NCBI GenBank assembly: GCA_001662655.1
Contig: KV460219.1
Direction: 5' to 3' (one strand)
DNA length: 64,000 nt
From: Pseudogymnoascus verrucosus
Lineage: Eukaryota
Shown here: one piece after another, positions 46,336 through 55,892 of the stretch
How the letters are laid out: every line of letters starts with the position of its first letter
How positions within the stretch are numbered: position 1 is the first letter of the stretch
Translations under genes and position numbers: made by a program
Notes under the pieces: generated by a model
The model's database searches: none
What the model saw: the letters and a program-made list of their open reading frames with translations, nothing else
Told to the model about the DNA's origin: nothing

Positions 46336-48124
46336 TCATAACACACCCCAAATAACCTCCACGCACACACCTTCCTTCCCGCCATCTCGCAACTGGAACT
46401 TTACCTCTTTGCCCCTCAAACGGCTAACCTGCATCTCCGCTTCTGTAGGGATGTCCTCAATATCCACGGTGCGATACTCCTCGTCTACCACGGGGGCGGT
46501 AATGTCGTCCACATGCGTAAGTACCAGCCGGCAAGGTGATGCGAGGCGAAAGTCGAAATCAAGAGTTAATCGGGGGTTGTTAAGATGTAGCAACAGCGGC
46601 GGTGTCGTGGGGGTAATGAGTTGGGAATAGGGGAGCTGAGCAAGGGTGATGGTGACTGGATGGGTGGTAGTTGGGAATTCTATTCTGTGTTCGCGGGCTC
46701 TATTTTGAGCCCCCGAGATAGAAGGGATGCGCGATGGTGGTGTCCTTGGTGGGGTAGGAGGCATCGAGCTCAGTTGCGAAAGTACACCATCTAGACTTCC
46801 ATCTCGGTGTAGAGGGGGTTGTGGCCGGATTGTTGATATCGAAGCTAGGGAGGATGAAGTCTTAGAGCTAGTCGATGGCGTCCACTGCCTAGGTATCGAT
46901 AGTACACTCTCAGTCGGATACTCGTGTTTATCGCATCCTTCTCGGATCTTGGCCTTAAGAGCTCCGTCTAACTGCGTCGCCAGGACTCCAAGCTCAGCAC
47001 GGCGCGGTTCGGGAATCGGTAGCCAGTCCGGTAATGTCCACTTCTCGTATAATCTGCCGTGGCTCCGGTGTATGTGGAATACGTCGTGGAGGCTAAAGAA
47101 GAGGTTGCAGAGGTAACATGCACTCTTGCTGGAGCAGATTATTCGAGGCCGGGGGAGATGCGGGTGTAGCTCATAGAAGAAAAGGAGCTGGATCTCGGCG
47201 TGTACTTTGATATGGTCCTGTTTTAGAGAAAGGGGGACGTCAATCTGGAAGGTCTCGATGACGATGGTCTGAAATACACGGCATTTCTTGTTCCTAGCGG
47301 CGCGGACGAGAAAGGAGGAGGCGGAATAGTAGCCGCTAATCTTGCCGAGGGTGTTGAGGAGATAGGGTTTTAAGGTTGGATCTATCTTTAAGTCTTTGAG
47401 AAGGAGGCTAAGATCGGCGGGGGATATGAGGTGGTAGGTCTGCCTCAAAATATCACGGATTAGGCTATGTGCGAGGCTAATCTCAGTCTTGATGTCGCGA
47501 ATGTCTTCTAGCCTAGTAAATAAGTCTTGTAGGTCTGCTATTCCATTAGTTAAGTTTGCTGTAGATTTGAAAGACTTGTCGTTAATCGTATTATGCAGCT
47601 GGGTGATAAAGGGTTGTTTTGTAGATTTCGAGTGCCGTGATCGTAGCCTTGATAAGATCCGATGCATGTCTAGAATAACAATCTGGGGAAGAAGAGCATC
47701 AATGTCTTCAACTTCAGAGTTCCCTTTCAAAAAGTTAGTTCGCTTTCGGAGATAACTTGAAATCTTATTAACCTCGTCTCGCAGCCTGCTCTAGTATTTC
47801 CCCAACTTTTATGAAACCGGCTTTAACTGCTGATAGGTCTCCGCTATTAGATGCTATCCGGATCGTAATCCCTTCCCCACTGCTATATTCTTCAACGCAA
47901 ACAGCCATTATCTTGCGGCTATCATCTGACGTGGCTGATAGGAATGCTAGATTACTTGCAATATCCTTCTCTTGCGAGAAGGTCAAACTCCGAGTCTGAT
48001 CTGTCTCCGGGTTGATAGTGTTCTTCGTCGGAGCCTCAGGGACCTTATGTCTCCTGTAGAGGGAATCAATACTTTTCCGCAACTGTGAGCGAGTAGTGGA
48101 ACCCCCCCACATTGTTGCTTCCAT
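46336..48124 (-). CDS. OTT_1508-like nucleotide/nucleic-acid deaminase; intron ~47771-47725
   Basis: VHAEIQLLFFYE..PRIICSSKSACYLC (HxE..SK..CxxC zinc site); N-terminal EKDIASNLAFLS..IMAVCVEE..ITIRIASN. Start may be 48124 or 48112. Confidence 0.85.
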
Positions 48125-49018
48125 AGTCAGGTTTCCTAACACATGGAAGGAATTGTATTGTTACCGGGCTTGAACATATTATTATTAAGACGACGCAATT
48201 ACGACCATAGCCGTGAGGTGGCATTGTCAGCCACAGCCTTGTGCGTGCATATAATTGAAGCATATTGGGACATGGTACCATGGTCCATCTGGTAATACCT
48301 GCTATTGGCCTCTATCATTAGAAGCGAATCTAATCTAATGGTGTGGTTACACAGGAAAATAGCCCCCGAACCTAGCGAGTGAAGACAACCCCCCAGTCAT
48401 GCACGCTTGTACAGCAGCGGACAGATGTTTGCTTTGATTTGTTTAATACATGCATGCGCTGATAAAGTGCTGTAGAGCTAACCTTCTCCCACACCCCTCA
48501 TATATAGCTCCTAACAAGACAACATTTTCTGTTATAATTGCGTCTACATTAGTTCGCTATCAGTGAAACGATCTCACGTTTACAATGCGTGGGTTTTGCA
48601 CTTCAACACGTCGTGCGAATCTGGATGTTTGTGCTAATGGTAGCAAATTCTCACCGAGGCTATCCTAAATTGTGCAATTGCACCCCCTCCAGTGTAGGGG
48701 AAACATATCATTCCTTCGTTAACCGTCTCTTCTCTAGGTGCGAGACAGGAGAAATAGAAAGGCCAGGAACGACAGGAGTGGCAGAGACTGGCCAGCAGTG
48801 ATGCCCACATGTCCAGCGGGTATAATCTGTTTCAGCCAGTTAGCATCTTTTCCCAATTACAATGATATTTGCCACAGTTGACAAATACTATAGAACCTCA
48901 TAGAGTTTAGAGTTCCGTCATGATTATCTTAACTTCTAGAACTCTAAAGGAAGACTAATTGAATATAAAATTGAAACTCTTGTCATAGTGGCGGCGGGGT
49001 GGGTATAGCGATTGATAA

Positions 49019-52000
49019 TTATAACATAAGCTCTACTACCGCCTCGTGCCCAGCATTCGCAGCCACTAACAGCGGCGTCAGCAGCTTCACTGCCGCCTCG
49101 TGCCCGGCCTGCGCAGCCACTAACAGCGGCGTCCGACCATCATTATCCTTAGCCTCTCGCACGGCGCCCTCCTCGAGCAGCAGCTTCACTACCGCCTCGT
49201 GCCCAGCCTCTGCAGCCACCCACAGCGGCGTCCGACCATAATCATCCTTAGCCTCTCGCTCGGCGCCCTCCTCAAGCAGCAGCTTCACTACCGCCTCGTG
49301 CCCAGCCTGCGCAGCCACCCACAGCAGCGTCTGACTACCACGACCCTTAACCTCTTGCTTAGCGCCCTTCTTGAGCAGCAGCTTCACTACTGCCTCGTGC
49401 CCGGCCTGCGCAGCCACCCATAGCGGCGTCCGATTATCATAATCCTTAGCCTCTCGCACGGCGCCCTCCTCAAGCAGCAGCTTTACTACCGCCTCGTGCC
49501 CGGCATGCGCAGCCCACCATAGCGGCGTCCGATTATGATGATCCTTAGCCTCTCGCACGGCGCCCTCCTTGAGCAGCAGCCTTACTACCGCCTCGTGCCC
49601 GGCATTCGCAGCTACCCACAGCAGCGTCCGACCATTATCATCCTTAGCCTCTCGCTTAGCGCCCTTCTCGAGTAGCAGCTTCACTACTGCCTTGTGCCCA
49701 GCCTGCGTAGCTACCCACAGCGGCGTCTGACCATTATCATCCTTAGCCTCTCGCATAGCACCCTTCTCAAGCAGCAGCTTCACTACCGCCTCGTGCCCAG
49801 CCTGCGCAGCCACCCATAGTGGCGTCCGACCATAATCATCCTTAGCCTCTCGCTCGGCGCCCTCCTCAAGCAGCAGCTTCACTACCGCCTCGTGCCCAGC
49901 CTCCACAGCCACGCACAGCAGCGTCTGACCACTGCGACCCTTAACCTCTCGCTTAGCGCCCTTCTTGAGCAGCAGCTTTACTACCGCCTCGTGCCCAGCC
50001 TCCACAGCCAGCGACAGCGGCGTCTGGCCATCGGCGTCTTCAGAGTCCGTATAAACCTTTCCAGTCTCGAGGAGAAGCTCGACCACGTCTGTATGTCCGT
50101 TCCCCGCCGCCCAATATAAGGGAGTACGCTTTCTATTGTCTTTTAGATCCGGGAAAGCACCATGCTCTAATAGCATCTTTGGCATTATAATGCTTCCTGC
50201 TTCTGCATAATATGAAAGTGCCGTTCTGCCATTTGTGTCTTGGTTATCTACAGTTTCGAGCAGATCCAAAAGAGCAATAACAACTTCATTCCAGCCATAT
50301 TGCGCTGCTAAAGGGAGCGCTGATTTTAGTTCGACAGACTTAAGTGCCTTGCTTGTAATAAAGCACAATTGGTACAGAGTAGAAGCTCTGTCCTTAAACT
50401 CAATACATTTGAGAAAATCCATCTCCTCTCTTAACCGTTCCTGGTTTTGAAGCTCGGTTTCGTCTTCAAACTCCTTGTCATTGTAGACCTTTGAAATCCG
50501 AAAGGCGATCTCGTAATAGCTATCCAAGATCTTCTTGATTTCTTGGTCTACTGGTTCTAGTCCGTATTTCTCGATCATCCATCTCATCCCTTTATATCCA
50601 CCAACCCTTCGCTTTGGATCGCGAAATGAGGAGCGATAGAATTCACCTATCGCGGTCAATGCGGCCGAGAAGTCTGGATCCTCTGACATCCCCTGTCGTT
50701 GTGAACGATAATGCGCACACTGCCACTTGAGCAACAGTTCAGCTCGTAACCACTCACCATCTTTCCGAAATTTCGTACTCGCTTTGATGATAGAGTACAC
50801 CATGGCTTTCCCCTTAGGAACTTCTAGATACTCCCTTGATGCCCGTAGCGAGCACACGAACCCCTCAGAATACGATCCTAGACCGCTGTTGGAAAACGCT
50901 GTGGCCATGTCGGATATCTTGTCGTTCTTCCACCGTACTTGACCCGAGACCTCTTCCCAAGTTACTTTGCCGAGATTCCTCCTATCTTCCGCCAGAGCGG
51001 CAATAATTGCTATGTAAAGTTTTTGACAGAATTCCGAGAGTCGCTTTGGTGTGCCTGCAAGTTGAACTCGACTGGAGACCTGGATATCATTGTCGCCGAT
51101 CCATAGGTCCAACTCTGCCCGCGCAATGTCTGAGTCCATAGTAGTAGTTTTAGTTTTACCTGAACATTGCCATGACCAGAGCCAGAGCCCGAGAATACCC
51201 TCTAATCTTGTCGAATCAATGCTCCAGTGGCTCAGGATTGATTCATTCGGCGGTTCAAAAACCACCTCGACGAATGATTGCAAGCCACCGCTCTGTATTC
51301 CAATGTGGAAAATTACACTTGCCAGGTTATTGGCCCTGCCAATGAGCACCTCAACAGCGCCGCACAGTGCGCGAGCTAGCTCTCGAGATTTACCTCGGAC
51401 TGCGACCTGATCCTCTTGCCAGTCTTGACAAATAAGTGACCCATAGGGATGAGAAGATTGATGGCCTGTTAGGCGGGCAAGTCGAACTCTATATCGGAGC
51501 AGTAGCTCGTGAGAAGAGTTTGCCTGGCGGTCTTCCGCGGCCGAACGCGATTTACAAATATGCGCCTCACCTGTGAACTCCCACGAGGTTTTCGTAGAAC
51601 CTCCCTCGGCGATCTCAAAGGCGAGCCAGTCTAGTTCGTGGCCCACAACGCTATCCGGGATTTTGCCAAGCTTATTGTCGGTTTTCTGAAGGCGTTGCAT
51701 GCGCAAGCACCCCCGAAAAAAGCTCATTATCAGCATGATCCCGAGTTGGGCGATAGAGACGTAAGCACTCATACCCCTTAACGCGATGAACTGAACTATG
51801 TACCCTCCAAGCGTGAGGGTTATAGCCCCAAGAGCATAAGTGTGAGACTTGTCTAGTTCAATCTTCTGCGAAGTAGTATACTTGTTTAGGCGATCCTTTG
51901 ATCCGTCTGCACCATCTGAATAAGCGAATGCATCGAAAGTTTGGTCGCCAACAACTTGGCTCCCTGGCTGTAGCCAGAACAGCGTTGACGGTTTGCGCTT

Positions 52001-53059
52001 CTGTCTACAGCCAGACTTCAGCTCCCAGTGCTTCTTTCGTTGGTAATAGTCCTCGCGAGTGCTTTGACCAATGAGAGCTGCACACCAAAACATCCCAACA
52101 CACATGGAAGTCGTACCCATTATGAACATGACAGGGGCTGGATTTTCTGAGATAGCCAAACGGATATTCCGGGTTGCCTCAGGCGCTCCGCTCTTTGTCC
52201 ACTGCAAGCGCAGTGAGAGAACGCCAGCCATGACCACCACGCCAGTTTGAAGAATGAAGCCCAAGGCGGCAAGAGCATAAAAGTAATACCACTCCAGCTT
52301 CACAATGCCAATATTGATTGAAAGGTTGGGACTTGAAATGCTCTTTTTTGATAGCCCCATGTGACTTTCCTCGTCTCTGTGGCCTGAATTACTTGAGCGA
52401 GATCTGATCCGGCGTCGAAGAGTATGAAAGACGGCAGTCGATCGTGATGTAAATGCCTGTGTGGACGAATGTCCATCAATCTCTGTCTCCCTAGTGGATC
52501 CAGCTTTTGAGGGATGCGGGATTTTCGTTCTCAGCCAAGGCCAGCGTCGTTGGGTTTTTTCCCACTCTCCATCTGGATAATTCTCGAGATAGTCACGAAA
52601 TAGAAAAATGCCCATCTTGTCGTCCCTTCCTCGATGTGGCTCTGGATCTAGCTCATGATGAACTTGCACGATTTCCAGGATTTTGGGTCTGCCCAGGACT
52701 CGCGCAATTCCGCCCTTGTTGAAAAGCTCGCAGACGTCTCGGCTGGTGGAAGTACAGAGCTCTGCCTCGATAGCTCCGTCGCCTTCCTGAGCCCTGCCAA
52801 CGAATGCGCGCAAGGCGGTGCTGCCGCAAACGCGGATCACAGAGACAATTGCAGTTATGATTCCAATTGGAGCCATTGCGAAGATGAAGTAATCCAAGAA
52901 CGATGTGCTCTCACTGAGGTACTGCTTCGTTACAGCGTCGCCGAAAAGCGTGAGGAGAGGGCCTAAGTCTGTCGCCAGGTTGTTCGAGAAGTCATCTAGC
53001 TCCGCGGCATTAACTCCTAATGGTGTAAGTGCAACTAATATCGGCCAAGGCGAAGCCAT
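49019..53059 (-). CDS. Multi-pass membrane protein with C-terminal ankyrin repeats, intronless
   Basis: Signal-like MASPWPILVALTPLGVNA; DDFSNNLATDLGPLLTLFG..FIFAMAPIGIITAIVSVIRVCG..AELCTSTSRDVCEL; several further TM segments; about 13 ankyrin repeats. Confidence 0.88.
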   Translation of the reverse strand: MASPWPILVALTPLGVNAAELDDFSNNLATDLGPLLTLFGDAVTKQYLSESTSFLDYFIFAMAPIGIITAIVSVIRVCGSTALRAFVGRAQEGDGAIEAELCTSTSRDVCELFNKGGIARVLGRPKILEIVQVHHELDPEPHRGRDDKMGIFLFRDYLENYPDGEWEKTQRRWPWLRTKIPHPSKAGSTRETEIDGHSSTQAFTSRSTAVFHTLRRRIRSRSSNSGHRDEESHMGLSKKSISSPNLSINIGIVKLEWYYFYALAALGFILQTGVVVMAGVLSLRLQWTKSGAPEATRNIRLAISENPAPVMFIMGTTSMCVGMFWCAALIGQSTREDYYQRKKHWELKSGCRQKRKPSTLFWLQPGSQVVGDQTFDAFAYSDGADGSKDRLNKYTTSQKIELDKSHTYALGAITLTLGGYIVQFIALRGMSAYVSIAQLGIMLIMSFFRGCLRMQRLQKTDNKLGKIPDSVVGHELDWLAFEIAEGGSTKTSWEFTGEAHICKSRSAAEDRQANSSHELLLRYRVRLARLTGHQSSHPYGSLICQDWQEDQVAVRGKSRELARALCGAVEVLIGRANNLASVIFHIGIQSGGLQSFVEVVFEPPNESILSHWSIDSTRLEGILGLWLWSWQCSGKTKTTTMDSDIARAELDLWIGDNDIQVSSRVQLAGTPKRLSEFCQKLYIAIIAALAEDRRNLGKVTWEEVSGQVRWKNDKISDMATAFSNSGLGSYSEGFVCSLRASREYLEVPKGKAMVYSIIKASTKFRKDGEWLRAELLLKWQCAHYRSQRQGMSEDPDFSAALTAIGEFYRSSFRDPKRRVGGYKGMRWMIEKYGLEPVDQEIKKILDSYYEIAFRISKVYNDKEFEDETELQNQERLREEMDFLKCIEFKDRASTLYQLCFITSKALKSVELKSALPLAAQYGWNEVVIALLDLLETVDNQDTNGRTALSYYAEAGSIIMPKMLLEHGAFPDLKDNRKRTPLYWAAGNGHTDVVELLLETGKVYTDSEDADGQTPLSLAVEAGHEAVVKLLLKKGAKREVKGRSGQTLLCVAVEAGHEAVVKLLLEEGAEREAKDDYGRTPLWVAAQAGHEAVVKLLLEKGAMREAKDDNGQTPLWVATQAGHKAVVKLLLEKGAKREAKDDNGRTLLWVAANAGHEAVVRLLLKEGAVREAKDHHNRTPLWWAAHAGHEAVVKLLLEEGAVREAKDYDNRTPLWVAAQAGHEAVVKLLLKKGAKQEVKGRGSQTLLWVAAQAGHEAVVKLLLEEGAEREAKDDYGRTPLWVAAEAGHEAVVKLLLEEGAVREAKDNDGRTPLLVAAQAGHEAAVKLLTPLLVAANAGHEAVVELML
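49030..50030 (-). repeat. Tandem 99-bp ankyrin-coding repeats with high internal nucleotide identity (~10 units)
   Basis: Recurring CAGCAGCTTCACTACCGCCTCGTGCCC every 99 nt. Confidence 0.92.
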
Positions 53060-53725
53060 ATTATGGTGTAATTGAGGCAGTATTTCAGCGGACGGTGGAT
53101 GAGTGAAATTTCTGGAGCGGTAGTTCTGACTACCCTTCGTTATTAAAGGTAACTGAGCCTCGTGCTGCGCGGATTTATTGTTGTTATGCATGCAACAAAC
53201 CGTAATGTTGCAATATTACTGGACGCCGCGTTCGCCAGCAACGGTATGCATGACTGCGTTGAAGGACTTGCAGGAAAATGTTAGTGAGTGGATGGACGGG
53301 CCAAAGTTCGCGAGCCCAGTTGGGAAAGAATTCAGCCACAGAGACAGATCCATTCCGCAAGAGATAATCGTCAGTGTTGGCACGAGCCATGGATCTGGCC
53401 GGAGGGTATCGCGAACCTCGTCGGTCACTGTCTCAGGCGCGCGGGGATCGAAAGCGAGACTCATTTGAATGGCTGGTAAGCGTTCATCGATACTATCGGG
53501 TGGGGAATGACCGTCGAGGCCATTGGGCGAGGGGTGTGATCAGGACCATGGGGTGCAGGTGGCACTATATTGGTTGGATCAGTGGATGCGCAGCATAGTG
53601 AGGGGCGGGCCGCGAATTCTGATCAACGCGGGCCGAACAGGGGGGGCAACTGTGCCAGGGACTGCGCCATCCCGCCTTCTTAGCGCTGTACCTGTGGCTA
53701 AATCACAACCCTGGCACGTCTAACC

Positions 53726-53949
53726 TGTAAGGACACAGGGCACCGTATCACGAGAAGTGGCATATAGGAGTGCAAGTTGGATAGAAGTCGGTACAATCCT
53801 ATAGGTCTACTATGAAGGATACAAAAAAGATGAAGGTAGAACCTATTAAGTCTATACCCTTAAGTATCTAAAACGAGTCTAACTTAGTTTATACGCCCTA
53901 GCTCCTAATATGTAACTATAACAGCTCTAAGGCACAAGACATCCTTACA
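53726..53949. mobile_element. Probable solo LTR (~224 bp)
   Basis: Terminal inverted TGTAAGGA..TCCTTACA; RIP-like interior; flanks TAACC and ATTAC differ. Confidence 0.6.
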
Positions 53950-54472
53950 ATTACTCTTTAATTATCTTTAGATCTTTACATTTTACTCGTTGATAATTAT
54001 ACTTCTAACTAAACTTTGCTTTAATTTCTATATAACGCTTAATAAAGTTAGTAGTCTAGTTCTTCCTAATAGGGCTCTTACCTTGTTTAGGGAGTAGAAG
54101 ATCTACTATTTCCTATACAGCTTGCAGCTAGGGTGGAAGTCTACATAAATCTAAGTTAAGGATATACTAAACAAGAGCTAATTCTTCGTATAAAGTTAAT
54201 TTTCATAAGTTAGAGGTAGAGTTGCGTTAAGAAGTAATACTATAAGCGTGTCGTCTAAGTGTTGCTTTAGGGACATCGTATGACATTACAGCAGCTCAAA
54301 TACTTTAAATATAGCCTAGTTTAATTAATTAGATAGCTAGAAGTATCCTGCCCTCTTAATTAGAGGATTTAGCTTAAGTTGGTGGTGCTATTGTTCATAT
54401 AAGTAAGATAACGCGTTTTTGGTGTTTTGGTGCGTCACTCGCTTGTGTGCATCACTCGTATGTGAAATACGT
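53950..54472 (-). mobile_element. Truncated pogo/Fot1 (Tc1-mariner) transposon, RIP-inactivated
   Basis: TA|ACGTATTTCACATACGAGTGATGCACACAAGCGAGTGACGCACC end. Stop-ridden EGRILLAI..AAVMSYDVPKATLRR..KLTLYEELALV.YILNLD.. resembles the N-terminal HTH region of pogo transposases. Confidence 0.85.
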
Positions 54473-54583
54473 TAAATAATCATGATTATAATCAATTTTC
54501 TAACCCTAATCACAACATCGCATCCGAGCCCTTTAAAAAAGGAAAAACTGGTCCAATAATAATCCTAATGCTACTTCTATAAT

Positions 54584-55321
54584 CTACTCCACATGGATAT
54601 ATCTGTAAGGCTTCGAGGTGAAACTGCCATCCTTCCACCCGATGGGGCGTTGATAAGCGACGCACCCATACGCCGTACCGCGGCACTCCAGTGTGTTATA
54701 GGTCGTGTTACTATTATCAGCCCACGAGTGGAACAGCGTAACATGTCCATTATCCCCACCCGTCCCAGGGCCAAGTGTCCCAACAAAGTCACCAGGCTGT
54801 AGGTCCTCCCACGCGATCTCCGTACCAATATCAATGAGCCCGACGGTCGACTCCCCTGGCGCCGAGGCATGCACCGCCATGGCAATGAAACCCGAGCAGT
54901 CGGTACGGTAATCCGTTCCAGCTGGGTCCGGGTATGCGGCTGACTGGGAGTACGGGACGTGGAGATCAATCCAGACTTGGCCCCGGGCAAGGATCTCATC
55001 GCGGCTGATGGGGCCGTTCATGGAGGAGCGGCCGTCGATGGGAGCGCACGCTTCCGTGACCATGCCGACGGTGCCTGTCTTTACAAAGTAGTCGGCGACA
55101 TAGCAGCCATCGGTTGTGAGATCCCAGAGATAGTCTCCAGTGACGGTTTCGCCAGCAATTTGGCAGGTGAGGGTGACTTCGTCACCCAGTACGTAGGATC
55201 TGACGACGTCGAATTTGGTTGAGGGGCCCGAGCGGCAGTTCACGAAGGTGCCAGTGATGGGATATGCGCTGGTTATTGGGAGGGCGACCGCGACAAACAA
55301 AGCTAGAGTAGGAAGCAGCAT
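54584..55321 (-). CDS. Secreted SH3b-like + NlpC/P60 cell-wall endopeptidase, intronless
   Basis: Signal peptide; VNCRSGPST..CQ..W..TTDGCYVADYFVKTG (SH3b-like); VPYSQ..YRTDCSGFIAMA..DLQPGD..GHVTLF (Cys-His catalytic motifs). Confidence 0.88.
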   Translation of the reverse strand: MLLPTLALFVAVALPITSAYPITGTFVNCRSGPSTKFDVVRSYVLGDEVTLTCQIAGETVTGDYLWDLTTDGCYVADYFVKTGTVGMVTEACAPIDGRSSMNGPISRDEILARGQVWIDLHVPYSQSAAYPDPAGTDYRTDCSGFIAMAVHASAPGESTVGLIDIGTEIAWEDLQPGDFVGTLGPGTGGDNGHVTLFHSWADNSNTTYNTLECRGTAYGCVAYQRPIGWKDGSFTSKPYRYIHVE

Positions 55322-55892
55322 CGTGGTAGATGTGGCGATTGGTATATTTGCGTATGTGGTTTTATATGATAAATGTCAAATCAGGGGTTGCTCAGGATCC
55401 CGTTTTCTCTCATAGATGCCCACTTATGACCGGAAATCGTGGGTGGGAACGATTGGGATTTATAAATACGTTTATAGTTACGGTCGGAGTAAATTATCAG
55501 AAGCTTACTTCTTTTACTCCATAGTAATATATTTCTGGTGGAGTCTAGTTTGGGCCGGAGCAATTGGCAAGGCAGAATCAAATGCTTACTATTTTTTCGG
55601 GTTCACGATACATTTTGGGTTTAATTGTCGGTGGGGCTGAGCCTGTCAGGAACGACATGATCAGCAACATGGACTCCGTTAGCGTTGAAGTCAAACCCTA
55701 CGAAATTAGATGATCGCCTAGAAGATTTCACTGGGGGTGGCTATGTTTATTAGGACGCAGTTTGTTTCCTTCTATGCGGAATTATACTTTGGTATGGTGG
55801 GCTTATAAAATAACCAATATGTAATCAGAAGCTAACTCGGCAGTATTACCCCTATACCCCCGAACTATTTATTAGAATATCATATACCCCAC

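Noticed and set aside
53060..53191. N-terminal extension giving the 1390-aa TM-ankyrin ORF
   Set aside because: The Met at 53059 opens a signal-like peptide directly before the family's DDFSNNL motif, so the upstream codons are probably UTR.
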